Positions 35,601 to 47,700 of a DNA stretch of 64,000 nt are shown piece after piece. The position numbers were made by a program, and so were the translations under genes. Position 1 is the first letter of the stretch, and every line of letters begins with the position of its first letter. The DNA comes from Lytechinus pictus (Eukaryota). The stretch is from positions 38,378,001 through 38,442,000 of the forward strand of contig NC_087247.1 in NCBI RefSeq assembly GCF_037042905.1, in the 5' to 3' direction. Under the pieces are notes generated by a model. The model was not told where the DNA came from. It worked only from the letters and a program-made list of their open reading frames with translations, and made no database searches.

Positions 35601-35863
35601 CTATACTAAAAGGCAGCTATTAAAGTGAAAAGGAACAGAAAGCGAAAAAAACTACTCTGTTATTTTGCACAACATAATTAGGTCATAAGCTTAATTAACA
35701 TGGAGTCAATGAAGGAAATGTTATTCTAACCCCAAACTATTCCCCCTCTTAATTCAATATTGTTATCAAACCTGACAAATTAGTACGAATTACCTTCGTG
35801 TATAAACAGCATCGATATCGTGAGCATAAGAAGGGGTTTTGAGAGTGGGACAAAAGCCATCAT
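8518..35863 (-). CDS. Secreted C-type lectin/kringle/PAN mosaic protein (SP-CTLD x4-K1-K2-K3-K4a[PAN]K4b-K5-CTLD5-partial CTLD6), at least 33 exons, about 1290 aa; 3' end uncertain
   Basis: Exons in transcript order, all AG/GT-flanked with consistent phases, 3862 nt without a stop: 35794-35863, 33734-33888, 32783-32901, 31201-31334, 29168-29265, 28168-28287, 27920-27999, 27120-27226, 26012-26141, 25453-25535, 24838-24969, 23596-23667, 22992-23024, 22656-22814, 21856-21941, 20661-20814, 20259-20291, 18815-18943, 18310-18408, 17892-18029, 17266-17382, 16565-16696, 15579-15692, 15237-15350, 14413-14667, 13762-13878, 12691-12825, 11699-11830, 10790-10954, 10446-10562, 9802-9915, 9068-9109, 8518-8694. 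Confidence 0.88.
9802..10954 (-). CDS. CTLD5 with QPD/WSD motifs (3 exons)
   Basis: [25 protein letters not shown] / [21 protein letters not shown] / [23 protein letters not shown]. Confidence 0.92.
11699..12825 (-). CDS. Kringle 5 (2 exons)
   Basis: [29 protein letters not shown] / [21 protein letters not shown]. Confidence 0.9.
13382..13795. repeat. ~52-bp minisatellite (8 units) derived from the kringle-4b exon end and splice donor
   Basis: ccaatcaggacgaagcatacttacaactgcattctagcactaaatattgtga units start near 13382, 13433, 13485, 13537, 13582, 13629, 13681 and 13738; the last unit overlaps the exon. Confidence 0.9.
13762..13878 (-). CDS. Kringle 4, second-half exon
   Basis: [39 protein letters not shown]; cttag| and C|gtgagt junctions. 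Not in the ORF track. Confidence 0.9.
14413..14667 (-). CDS. PAN/apple domain exon (255 nt, phase 1-1)
   Basis: [19 protein letters not shown]...CLLS...DYYER, the 4-Cys PAN_1 signature; cttag| and G|gtgagc junctions. Confidence 0.88.
15237..15350 (-). CDS. Kringle 4, first-half exon
   Basis: [37 protein letters not shown]; cccag| and G|gtaagc junctions. Confidence 0.88.
15579..18943 (-). CDS. Kringles 1-3 (two phase-1 exons each)
   Basis: CY..Y(K/R)G..C..W first halves and L..NYCRNP..PWCY..C.(V/I)P.C second halves, at 18815-18943/18310-18408, 17892-18029/17266-17382 and 16565-16696/15579-15692. Confidence 0.92.
15770..16495. repeat. gcgagcgcgaagcgcgagc repeat array with an internal ~350-bp duplication
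   Basis: agagtatacata..tctcaccatagtcatctaatgcgagtg occurs near 15950 and 16285. Confidence 0.7.
19198..19839. mobile_element. MITE with long TIRs and TTAA TSD (Kolobok-type ends)
   Basis: ttaa|aaggatgctccgggctgaaaatatt ... aatattttcagcccggagcatccct|ttaa; about 200 bp of inverted arms; internal 47-bp duplication at 19501-19596. Confidence 0.85.
20661..22814 (-). CDS. CTLD4 with EPN/WND motifs (3 exons)
   Basis: CPADW..HCYF..AQQNC..GGKLASI / YYVGL..FQWTDGT / [30 protein letters not shown]. Confidence 0.92.
20963..21221. mobile_element. TA-flanked CACT...AGTG palindromic MITE
   Basis: ta|cactgtaaacaaatattgggtaaaaat ... atttttacccaatatttttttagagtg|ta. Confidence 0.75.
21650..21797. mobile_element. 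Short MITE, inverted copy of the 55009-55167 family
   Basis: Shares ttgtcggacgttttat..cagtt.ccat.gtaacag..cagccaatc in reverse orientation. Confidence 0.7.
22172..22295. repeat. ~45-bp tandem repeat, 3 copies
   Basis: gctccaaaacttctt.aaata.aaat.aaaatgtgtatatcagt. Confidence 0.7.
23596..26141 (-). CDS. CTLD3 (4 exons)
   Basis: [18 protein letters not shown] / IWLGISD / KWTDGT..YQNWP..QQCGSI / [12 protein letters not shown]. Confidence 0.9.
23891..24205 (-). mobile_element. Full-length tRNA-derived SINE
   Basis: Reverse strand: A box TGGCCCAGTGG, B box GGTTCGAATCC, core gcactcaacccaggtg..aatgggtacc, (TTA)n tail. Confidence 0.85.
27120..29265 (-). CDS. CTLD2 (4 exons)
   Basis: CDESNGW..CYY...MTFDDAQ / EYC..GNL..FWIGY / [14 protein letters not shown] / [20 protein letters not shown]. 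Confidence 0.9.
27320..27435. repeat. (TAGA)n-containing duplicated purine-rich repeat
   Basis: agggatataggtggatagatagatgaatagatagat...gagagggagtaa occurs twice. Confidence 0.75.
29416..29903. repeat. Recent direct tandem duplication (254 bp plus ~234 bp)
   Basis: ctaaacaaaggattctggctatactttgaaag... starts at 29416 and 29670; near-identical except for a ~20-bp indel. Confidence 0.9.
30107..31015. mobile_element. TA-flanked cactgtta...taacagtg MITE (outer element of a nested pair)
   Basis: ta|cactgttaaaaa ... ttttctaacagtg|ta, inserted in a (GT)n/(GA)n tract. Confidence 0.7.
30254..30860. mobile_element. Kolobok-type MITE nested in the element above
   Basis: ttca|aggacaagtccacc ... ggtggacttgacct|ttaa; long inverted arms resembling 19198-19839. 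Confidence 0.8.
31201..33888 (-). CDS. CTLD1 (3 exons)
   Basis: CPNGW..CYQI....TWDQARANC...GDLTSL / FWIGLSD...YVWSDGS / [20 protein letters not shown]...GYVC. Confidence 0.9.
31575..32460. mobile_element. Helentron/HINE-like element with an internal ~185-bp tandem array (tgacctttgacctt family)
   Basis: Subterminal inverted repeat gtctcgcctg (31602) / caggcgagac (32446); 3' hairpin 32430-32455; four internal units ttacccttatg..aagtttcatgaactag. Confidence 0.6.
33225..33615 (-). mobile_element. 3' remnant of an L2/CR1-group LINE
   Basis: Minus-strand [32 protein letters not shown] followed by a UTR and an aataaa(tcaaa)n tail. Confidence 0.65.
34268..34492. mobile_element. Degraded relative of the 35374 MITE
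   Basis: gggcaacatactgtccacac ... gtggacaatatgttgccca. Confidence 0.65.
35374..35569. mobile_element. Young palindromic MITE with TA TSD
   Basis: About 83-bp perfect inverted arms cactcttaaaaatgttgggc...caccaata. Confidence 0.88.
35794..35863 (-). CDS. First coding exon (signal peptide) of the lectin-kringle gene
   Basis: [24 protein letters not shown] has a hydrophobic core; the phase-1 donor G|gtaatt joins in frame to [10 protein letters not shown] of exon 33734-33888. Confidence 0.75.
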
Positions 35864-37834
35864 CAAACGCCTCTCCTCTGCTGGTGTGGAAACGTATTTT
35901 TCGCTTATTATGAAGTTATTCCAAATCGAAAATCCAATCCAGGAAAGAATATAAGATAAGGGGTCTTCATTCAACGTTGTCCATTGGTGAAAAGTTGGGC
36001 CGGATTAAGATGAACAAATGATTTGTAATGTTTCCACTCGCCACTCCGCTCAAAAAATTAATCTTGATCGCAAAGTGCTAGTTTTAAGTCAACAACCTGT
36101 ATAACGACAGCTTACCTACGATACGAATATAAGACGATATCATAATAATCTTGTCTTATGCATGGCGATACAAACATTTTATACGTCCTTATACAGATAC
36201 AAGGGCTAAAGTACACCCAAATAATTTATGAGTATACATGTACCTGTACGGCATTCTGAATAACCATAATCATTCACCAAACACCAAGTAATTTATTTAT
36301 TATTACGTGTACATGTTAAGGGTATGGTTGAATGATGATCGTAGGCAAAAGTTTAACTAAAATTAAAACCAAAGCCAAACCCCATAAAGACAACAATCTC
36401 AAGCCAAACAATTTTTTTTTTACAATAAGAGGGCGATTAATTCGTAAAGATAATAATAAAAAGTGTTTGTGTTTGTTTCAGAAAGATACAATGTGTAAAC
36501 AAATATCTTAACTGTTTAAACTGTTTATCTGCATGTTGTATTCAAGATGACTGAGATTTGTAAAAAATATTATTTCCTTTCAGATGATTATGAATGATTT
36601 CATAGTACCTTCATGGTTCGATATCAGTGGGTAAAATATGATAATGGAGCCCGGGACATTTTTAATATTTTGGGTATTATTTTAAAACAAACAATGGTTT
36701 TATTATTTTGTCCAGTATTTATTACTCAAATCCTTCAATGCTAAAAAAATATTGATAAGAAATACTAAGACATGGTTAGATATATGATCAACTTTTGTTG
36801 TGCAAATATTTACAAATACAGTGTTTTCAGATGGAATGATTAGCTAAGCACTACATGACGGCAAGAAGTGATATCACTACCGAAATGTTATTAGTGTTCT
36901 TGACAGGGTTGGTTACTCTTTTGCAGATTGATTCTGGATTGAACAGTATACGTGATCCAAAAGAGACCCAATTTTCCTCACCAATTCTTAGCAATCCCCT
37001 GCCCCCCCCCCCCACAAAAGGTAAAAATTTATCCACACGTTCAAATTTTCGTCTAAAAAGAAGTTCGCCACCTTCTAATCACCCCTTTCAGTGTATATTA
37101 TGACTATACATGGTACGCAGTGATACATGTGAGGGGCGGAATATGTTTGATCAGTAAACTAATTTGCTTTAACTCTGATCTTTCCTCTCTGTGACCCCCA
37201 GTTGTAATATTATCGACATTAACATAAAAACATGCAAATATCTTTATATTCATGATAGTGACAGTTGGCGCACTGTGGACAGCTCATAGAGACTTATACA
37301 ATGTGCCCCCCCCCAAAAAAAAAAAAGTCAAAGAAACCGAGGACGATCGTTGTTATTTTCATAGATAGTATTGTCAAGCATAGATCCCCCTCTTGAATCT
37401 GATGCAACCTATATTGAAATTAATAATTCACGCATTGTTGGGTAAAACCAATTTTAAGAGAGTGTTCCAAGAAAGTACTTTGGTATGCGATATCTGAATT
37501 TGAGCGAAAGGGGAACATTTCTAAAAATTTAATGTTTTGCCTTCTAGTGTGACACCTCAAATCAGGCCAAATGAGAGAGGAATACAAGATGATTTGTGTA
37601 TTTTTTTGTAAATGCAAGCGCTACTTTAAACAAGTAGTGTTTTGACATTTATATACATGTACAATTTTCATTGATGTGGGTGTTATAAAGGGGAGAAGAA
37701 ACTTTATGGAAATGTCATTTATTATTCAGCCATGGTTCATGAGAAAATTTCCGTCATATCAATTATTATGTACCCTCTTTCGAATCGTGACTTTCTAATA
37801 CGTGAGGTTATCATTTTTATTTAGAGCGAATGTG

Positions 37835-38065
37835 TAAGAGAGCCAGAGAGAGGGTGGAAGAGAGAATGAGAGATGGAGAGAGAGAGAAGAAGAAGGAGGA
37901 GGAGAAGAAGAAGAAGAAGAAGAAGAAAAAGAAGAAGGGGAGAGAGGGTGGCAGAAAGTGAGAGAGTTATTATGGAGACGCTGTGAGAGGTGAAGAGAGG
38001 GGATAAAGATTGATGGAGAACGAACTACGGAAGACATACGGAAGCTAAGAAGAAAAATAGATGGG
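37835..38065. repeat. (GA)n/(GAA)n purine-rich microsatellite
   Basis: Seen directly. Confidence 0.8.
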
Positions 38066-39652
38066 GCGGTGTAGGAAATCGAATTTTAAAGACGTGCACA
38101 ATCAGTAGAAATCAAAAAGAAGAATTGGTTTACAAATTTATAAAATTTCACAATTTCACTCCATGTACTTAAAAAAACCCCTTAAAACACATCTTTTCCA
38201 TTAACGCTTGCCAGCGTTGGTCTTTCAATGTTCTTTAATTTTTTATTTACATTTATGTTTATGTTTTGTTTCATTGTAAATTATTTATATGCAATGCGCT
38301 TTGTACATTTCCAAGAAAAGACGCTATAGAAATATTATTATTATTATTATACAAAAACAGCAACAAAAGAACAACAACCATCACATTAGTTAATACACAT
38401 TCTCACAAAATGCGTTTTTATTTCATTTCATCATGAAAAGCGAGTGTACAAAAAAAGTATTACACAGAACAATTTGCAATGTTAAAAATTACACACGAAT
38501 ATTTGTCGTAAATGTTACACACAATTCGAGGACCGTGGTCTAATATTCCAGCACCATATTTCACAAAACGGACTGATAAATAAGTTTGATTGAAGCAGTT
38601 ATTTCGATTTACTAAATCATAATTGTACCGATTTACAAAATTAATAATAGTTGTAGTTGAATTAGTAACATTATGCAGAAATAGCAGCATTAACAATAAT
38701 ACTGAAATGATATCAGAGAAGGAAAAAGACACTTCTTGTTTGTCTCTTTTAAAAAGAGCTCGTAATGAGTACAGCCAAATTACTACTAAAATAAAAACTT
38801 GTGAACAAATTGTTAAAAATAAAAGATGAGCTAAAGTATAAAACAAATTATAATTTTGAATAAACGAACCATAAACATCCAGTTTATTATTTGATTCCTA
38901 ACAATAACACCAACTTTATACATATATAATCTACGATAGCCTTCCATCAGCAATCTAACATATTTTGTATGATCTAAGTAGTATTATATGTAATATTCAA
39001 CCTCTATATGATATACTGTAAATTATAATCAATCATTAACAAACACAGTAGTTGAAGTTTACTATAAAGTTCAGGTAATTACAGGAAATTGGACCCACCT
39101 GTTCTGTTTTAGTAAGGAGGGTGAAGAAATGATATGTTTCAGCCTAATTCAAATAATAGTATTCGATTTTATAATGTAAGTCTGATTATAGTATGATCAG
39201 ATTATTTCACATGATAAAAATAATCAACTCTCGTCATAGTCATTACACTAGTTTTGCATAGTGATATTAAACCCAAATCTGTTGATTTAAAGTAGCTCAC
39301 ATAAATTGCGCCATAATCAGATAATACTAGTAGTCAGAATTTGAATGATGCATGATTATACAGAAAAAGTAGCAAAAATTTTCAATGAAAGTAAAAATGT
39401 TGAAATTGATTTTCCTATTAAGATTGGGAGGAATTTGCAAACACAATCTCTAATTTGAACTGTATTCCAATTCATTACATATTTCTTCTAGATATGCCAT
39501 AAAAATCTACGTCTTTTGAGTTATCAACGCTCCCATGGCCAAGATCATGGGCCGAAACCCAAAGACCCCGGTCGGTACAAGTGGCTCTATAGCCTAATTT
39601 TATCAAAAGCTACAAACTGTGTGATTTCTCTTGTTTAATTTCTGCTACACCT

Positions 39653-39787
39653 GGGGCCCGTTGCATAAAACTTTTGCCATAAAAAACTCTGGCAAACATA
39701 ATTATGCCATTGAAAATTACGCATTAAAAAACTCTGGCAAAGGTTGCCAAAAGTTTTTTATGGCAACAGTTTTATGCAATAGGCCCC
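39653..39787. mobile_element. Short Harbinger-like MITE
   Basis: ggggcccgttgcataaaact ... agttttatgcaataggcccc. Confidence 0.7.
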
Positions 39788-41041
39788 TGCAGGCACAGTA
39801 CAGGCATAAATTACAGCTTTATAAAATAAAACTAAACATGGCCACTTTGAAAGAAACAAATTGAAAAATAACATATATTATAAAATTATAAACAAGTCTT
39901 AAGAAAGGGCAGAAATAAATACGTAAAAAGTAATTTATCTAGTGTGGATTGACACTCTGATTACATATTTCTCTTATGAAATGATCACTACAAATTCTAA
40001 AAATCACATACAGTATACAATAACAATAATATTATATTCACATACTATATAGAGTGACGTACTGATGTGATAATTGGCATGCTTATAGTCAACATGAATT
40101 AAACCCTTAATATAATTTATATTAATCTAAATACAAATTACATAATTAGTTCAATTCAAATATCTTTGAAACTGTAAATTAAGTATTAGTTTGCCTCAAT
40201 TCGTAGTCCTTAGAATGCTTGATTAAATGCGAATTATACACATTCAACACAGAATTCCCCTCCCAATATTTAATTTGATATCAGCATGAAAACATACTTG
40301 TAATCATTATGTTATTATTTATCTATTTATTTGGCCTGCTCAGTTTTATGAGCGAAATATAATAAAATTAATACGATACACCAAGGATACTGTACTTCGT
40401 TGTTGACGTAAAACATATTGAAATCAAAACTTAGCCCACTGGAATGAAGAATGAAAAAAAAATGATATACGTATGCTCTGTCTGAATTAAAATTAGAGAC
40501 GAACATGCACCAATATCTATCTCAATCTTCAATTATCTTCGCATTTTGATGGGTTTTTGAAAGTTCCCAATATGAATATCGCCCATGTGACCCGACCAAT
40601 TGCATTATGGTTAGACATTTGGTAAGAAATATGTAACATTTCAGATTTATTACATGTAATACAGACCATTTCGAGAAAAGGAAACACCATAGTTAAACAC
40701 ATTTCTGGTATTAGTAAGACGTCGATTATCATTTTCACAATTCATATTACCGACAACAAAAATGTAATGTTTTGCATAGATATCGGGATAGGTTATATCC
40801 CGTCCGTCTTCAGTACAAGAGTTGAAAATATTCACAAAATACAATATAAATATAAAAACGAGCACCATTTTTAGTTAGAGTCAGTTCATGAATGTTAGTC
40901 ATCAGTTCAACTATGTAGGACCACATCAACAGTCACCAAGTTGATAGAACTGTAATCGGCAAGATCACAAGAGACCGAAGAGATGTCAGTAATTATATCT
41001 CGAGACCACCAGACTTTCAATTATAAAACTTCCCATTTTGT

Positions 41042-41728
41042 TCAACCGTAGGGGGCGCATCTATAAGCAGTCCTTCGACTTTGTCGGTAACCAACTTGAT
41101 ATATTATCCTGTATGAAAACAAGAAGATAGATCGAAGAGATGAAATGAAACTGATAACATGGATATAATATGATGTTTTAACTGCTCGCTCATTTCAAAT
41201 TTCCGTCATTCTGCTTGCATTGATTTTACCCAGGATACTCTATTCAAGGGCCTATAAATGCAAGATAGAATAGAATGGGAGTGGGAAAGACGGATGTATA
41301 ATGAAAAAATGAAATGAAAATCCATATTTCATTGTTCGAAATACTCCGAAAATTTGCTTTGCCCGATTGATCGTGGGCCCTGCAGCCGCTGTGCAGCACC
41401 AGATCGACGAGGCTCTATCCCTTTAATCGTTGAACGTCAAACAGGGTAGCAGCAATTCCCATCTTTTAACGTCTTTTGGGAATCATTTGGGAATCAATTT
41501 AGAATCATTCCCCTAATACAACAGCCCTTTTTCAGGACTAATCACACGGTGAACCGTAAACAATTTTCATTATTTAATTTTGTATATAAAGACTATAGAG
41601 CTCACCTTGATGATTCACATGTTTGTAATCCATATGCTCCACATCTAACTCTGTATTTCTGTATAGCTGGTTTGATGTATGTTAGAGTATACATCTCAAC
41701 ATAAGACTGTAATGGACACCATTGTCTC
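41042..41728 (-). CDS. C-terminal EMI-like domain (2 exons)
   Basis: WCPLQSYVEMYTLTYIKPAIQKYRVRCGAYGLQTCESSRIIYQVGYRQSRRTAYRCAPYG*. Confidence 0.7.
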
Positions 41729-44700
41729 CTGTCCAAATAATAAAAAAAATAGTCCATTGTTTTTACTTTTATCATGGTTAAGTTTTTTGTTTTTTAAAGT
41801 TTATTTTACATAGTATAACATAAATTCTTCTTGAAGAGTTTGGAGTCTATAAGTGGTGAACATTTGTATCTTTGATAATGAAATAAGGTTGGTCTTACTT
41901 TTTAATTTATCCGTTTAGCGTGGCCGTTGGCCTAGATAGCAATATAACACTATCATCTATGGAAAGCCGACAACACCATCATCTACGTAGGCCTAAAATG
42001 CCCAACGATGAATACGTGCCCTCGTCATGTTTTGGCCAATAATAATGCTTTTCTATAGTCGGTAAATGCTACTCCTAGACCGAGAATGATGACATACATC
42101 AGAAGCTTGCCTTGGTCATGTTGGTAGTGAAGGTTTATTGGATAATCACATTTTTTGTGTGAGACAGGGGCTTGAAGGTCCGTCATAACTACCATCAATG
42201 TTTGCATGTTTGTTTATAATAGCAGTCTCAGTGAAATTCAATACTCTTTCGTACGCGACACAATGATAGATAGGAGGAAAGATGTTCAAATGCAAATCAA
42301 ACGTAAGTCCCCAAATCAAGAGCAAGACCTTTTATTAATTTTGATTGCATTTAATTGCGCCACTTGACTTTCTTGCGATTTTTGGACTTACCTCCATTTG
42401 CAATTGAACGTTCTTATAGCTCTCTATATATGCGGATTCTTAAAGATAAAAAGAGTCACAGATAGGCCCTACCGGAGACTTCCCCGTCCCTACTGTAATA
42501 AAGTGCAAATACATGCAATATTTATGATTTAATGATGTAACTCTTTACCTACCTGTTTGTTGATGTTGATGATGACACCACATGACGTCCATAAGATGAA
42601 CATTTGTTAGGACCAATACATTGTGAATAGCCTGGACAACCATCTGGGCATTTAGCTAGAAAATATAGTAAATCAGATAAATTCATTCATTAATATTAAT
42701 ATGGTATATCATTATCTGCACTCACAGAATTCTACTTTTAAAAAGATTTTCAGTCCTGCATGCATGTTATGTACGCATTCAGCTATTCCTTCATATTCAA
42801 GGCATATTAACAAGCCTGCGACTGCATATGAAACCAAGAGCCCAAGTCTAACTAGTGTATATCCCTTAACCGGATGGGTATTATACTGAATGGGTTTACT
42901 ATAATAATTCGAGACTGATATATCAGTTCTTGCGAGATTTGATTCTCACTTATCACCACAAACTGGATTTCCATAAAGTTTGAAAATAGACGCATGGTGA
43001 AAGTAAAATAAGGCTGGAAAAGTTTGAAAAAAAGACTCATAATGAAACAGAAAGACTATGCATATTGAGGCGTGAAAACTTGAGGCAAACGAATAATACA
43101 AGTTTCGGTGATTAATATAATACTTACATTGTTGACATAAAGAACCAGTATACCCTCTTGGACATGTACATGTATCAGGCCCTGAACATCTCCCGCCATT
43201 TAAACATGATCGTCTGCAATAACCTGAAAGATAGTATAAATATTACTCTGCAATAAATGAATTGGATAACCTATGATATAATAAATGTATTCACATAAAA
43301 CATTTATAATGTTTGTTTTTTGTTTATGTTGGTGTGCCTTCATCAAGCGTTGATATAATTTTAGAAAGGCATGCCATGTAAATGACCCGCAATTTAGTAC
43401 AAAAATCAAACAGGGCTTTTTTTTCTCGTCGGCGGGAGTCAAGTCAAGTAAAGGAGAGAATATAATTATGTGCTGATTATAGAAAGAGAGGGACCTTCGC
43501 TCTCCGGAGGATTTATCCCAGATATTCTCAGAGAATGTAGTCAAGTTAAAATCGCTTTCAAATTTATGTGTTGTTAGAAAGCAGTATAATTTCCATTACT
43601 TTAAAACGATTATATATTTTTTTTCAAATTAAGATATGCTTACCGATTTGACACTGCATTCCTCTGTAACCTGTTTGACATTTACAGAATCCTGCTCGTA
43701 AACAAACCCCACCGTTCTCGCACGGCGGACTACATTCAGCTGAAAGAAAATAAAAATAAAAGAAAATCTTTGACATTTCAATTTTGATACAAATTAAACG
43801 ATGATATCAAATATTCTTAAACATTTAAAGAACACTTTATCAGCTTGTTTTGATCGTCATAAAACCATCATTTTTGAGAAGCATGAATGGCATAAAAAAT
43901 GAAGATTATTCTTCAAATTATTTGTATGGCTCATCATAATGTGTATCCGGACTGTTTTACAATGTCTTTCACACATCAGACCGAATTGAATTGAATTGAA
44001 CTGATCAGGTGTTCGTTTCTTATTTTTCTCAGGTTCATTTTCGAAAGTGTTTGTTGGCTTATTTGTTTTACGTGATGATATCTATATACACTGTACTTTG
44101 AGGAGCAATTAGTTTGAGTAAATACTATAATACGCATATCGTAAAAGTTCCTTCTGATTTTAATACATCAAAGTAGGCTAGTCATTTATGTTGAAACATA
44201 GAAAGTATGGCCTTGCATGTCTTAACTCAGACCAAGATCACTTAATTGAAATATGTCATCCCACATAGGATAATATTTAAAAATCTTCTCGATACAATGG
44301 CAGATCTACAGGAGAGTGGCGAATTGGAGCAAACTTCTCCCTTAGGTCAGATGATACTTGATAATCTTATTCCTCATATATCAAGACTGCATCTCGTCCC
44401 ATTGACGACGTTAACTTTAATTTTGTTTGATCATAAAGGTGTCTGGTCCTCCCATGAAGACACCTTCGTTGTCATCCTCACATCAGTTACCTAGGGTAAT
44501 CCTTAAGTGAACCTTCTGACCCATGACGCTTTTTAGGAGGAGTTGTTTACTACTCTATTCACCAAATATAGTGGAAAACTTCAAAACTTAGTTTTTACAT
44601 CAAATAAAAAAATTGAAATGAAAAAATAGATGAAATTAATTTCAATTGATTATTTGAGACATTGTGATTGTTATATCCGGAATATAAAACCTGACAGTCC

Positions 44701-47700
44701 ATATCAAGTAAAACTATCCTTCGGGCTAACTTGGGAGAAAAGCCCCTCTGTGTCAGCCTCTGCTTACGTTTACTGCAGTCTGATCCCGAGTACCCGGTAC
44801 GACAGTGACATCGATCTGGCGCGATGCACTCACCACCATTCTTACATCCATCCTCACAAATAGCTGTATAGATTGAAATATAACAGAGAAAAGTTGACAG
44901 ATACTTGATGAAAACCTAAAACCTTTAAAAAATGCTTAATTGTTCAAACTTACAGAATAATCTTTCAATAATCTCTTTCATTAAAATTAATCTCATAAAG
45001 TACTCTACTGGTGTCATTCTGTGTTAAGTTTGTAACCAAATTAATATGAAATGCATTAATCGGAAAATGCATATATATTAATTTGAAAGAAAAAACACAC
45101 ACAAACACACACAAATGAAAATTATAACAGACTAAACAAAAAAAAACGAAAGTTTTGTACATGTTCACGTGACACAAAAATAATTTAGCAATAATGGTTT
45201 TACTTCGCATAAAAATACAAATAGCACATTCAGCTTTAGATATACTGTTACAATCGAACGTAAAAACAAATCATAAATGTTATGATTGAGTTTAACGTCA
45301 AATGTGTGTGCCTTAATTGAAATTACTGATTTGTGATCAGAATACTTAGTTATTAGAACAAAGTTATGATATGAAAGAGGAGAAAATAAACTAAAAGGAG
45401 TGATGTTGCAGTCATCAATGAAACATACTTGAGACCGATCTAGGTATTACGTTATATTCAATGATATACAGTCGATGTTTCATTGGTGTAATTGTGACAT
45501 GAAATAGGGGCACTGGAAGGCTCTGATCACACACCCACACCCTTTCCCACCCACACACACACCCACACCCACTCACAGGAGGGGCAAGCTATTGTGAGTT
45601 AAAATTTCGTGTCCCTGTAGTGATCCGTGTGCTAAAAGCAACCAGGCGCCGCTGAAACAAAAAGTAACCTACGTTTACTGCATGCAGGACCGGTATATCC
45701 TTTCGGACAGATACATCTCCCTGGATGAATACATCGACCATTATTCTGACACGGAGGATTGCAAAGAGCTGTTCAGATAAAAAAAATAGGAGAAATTTGA
45801 TCAATAAAAGTGTGAATACATTTAAAAACATTACGAAGATCGTCTGTTTTGCAAAAACATCTGGAATATCTTTATATTATACCCTAGGCACCTGCGCTCA
45901 TATTTATGATTGAAAGGGAATTTTAAATAATGATTGAGGCAAGATTTCTCTTCGTGTTCAACAAGCCAAAGACTGAAAACATTATGCACTCATAATTTCT
46001 TCTATTTGGTTAAAAGATTGGGTTTGTTTCATTGTGGATTTCTCTGTAATACTTGTCATTTTTTTCTAATATGTTAATTCTCTCCATACTGCTGTTACAG
46101 AATTCATCATTCTATATATACGTTACAAAGCATTTAATTGAAATTTAAGTTTTCAAAATTGTCTCAGGTGTTGAAAATGGCATACAAATCTATTTTCATT
46201 TAAACATATAAATATATGTCCCTCACGTGGGTTCTAACTTGTCTTCGTCTTAATGATGTACTTTTCACCAATATATTTGTTTAATAAGTGTGCTTAATTA
46301 AGCATTATATTCACTTGAAACTTGGTTCGGTGCCGGAGGAATTAACAAGTGTTTTTACTGTCAACTTACGCTCACAAAACGGGGGTAAATGACCGTATGG
46401 ACAGAGGCATTGGTCCTTTCCAACACATCTTCCACCGTTCTTACATGAATGTTGACAAAGCTCTGATGACAAAAAATGAATAAATAAACATGCAGCAAAA
46501 TCATAATAAAATGAATTGAAAACAAATTGAAATAAAACAATAAATTCTATTTCAAAGGTAATGTAAAAAATATTCAAAGTAGTATGGGATTCGGAAGTAT
46601 TCTAAGACAGAGAGAATGTTTACTTAAGAAAATGGAGATTATGACCTTTGCTATTGATGTGATGAAGATGATAAATAATAAATAAATAAGTATCTAATCA
46701 ATAATGATTAAGCATCATCTCCACCATTTAAAAAAATGATAATACAGTTCGTCATCGTCGTCATCACTTTCGTTGTAGTAGTGGTTGTGATGGACAGCAG
46801 AGTATATAGAAGCAATACTATTTTAGCGATGAGTATCATAGATATAACAAATATAATAATTGTGAGACATATATGAGTTAGAAAATGATACCAGAGGATG
46901 GGGGGAGAGACATTATCTTACCTCTCTCGCACATTCTCCCTTCATACCCAGAAGGACAATGGCATACACCTTCTGGCATGCAGGTTCCTCCATTTAGACA
47001 TCCACCTATACAGTAATCTGGATTCATACAAAAAGAAGAATAATTCTTAATTTCATAATCACCAAGCTATAAGTTCATATACCAACCGAACATTGTGCTC
47101 TTCAATATTTAACGAATAGAATATAAAAATTAGCTCAAAGGAAAATCTTTTAGACGCAATTGATCTTCATACAGGGGTGTCGATCAGGGGTGGGGGCAGG
47201 GGGCGATCATCTAAATGAAAATGTTAGTGGACGAACATATCGATTAATTCCAATTTTGCCCCCCCCCCAAAAAAAAAAAAAAAAAAAAAAAAAAAACATG
47301 GATAGACGCATAAGTGTGCATGACACTGAGAAAATTTTGTACAAGAATGTTGAAATTCATGCAGCCTAGGTGTAATATTTTTATTTAAAATTGTTAAGAT
47401 TTTTAGTTGAGGCTGTGGTTTTGGACATGATGATGAGGAGGAGGAGTAGGATGATGATGTTGATGATGATGGTGATGATAGTGAATGTGCCAAATATATT
47501 AACAAAAGTGATAATTACTTACGTGGACATTCCGAAAGCCCTTCACACATCCTTCTCTCGACCATTAATTGACCGACCTTGGTACAGTTCTCATGAGAAT
47601 CGATGTCTCTACAGATAGCCACCCGGGTCTCGAACCCTGAACCACAAGTACGCGTGCACGAACCCCATTCGCTCCATCGAAGAACACCTAGTATTACAGC

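Noticed and set aside
42392-42486. Possible extra exon with a strong GAG|gtaagt donor in the EGF gene
   Set aside because: Entry in the required phase 2 hits stops from each candidate acceptor; 42553 splices cleanly to 41728 without it.
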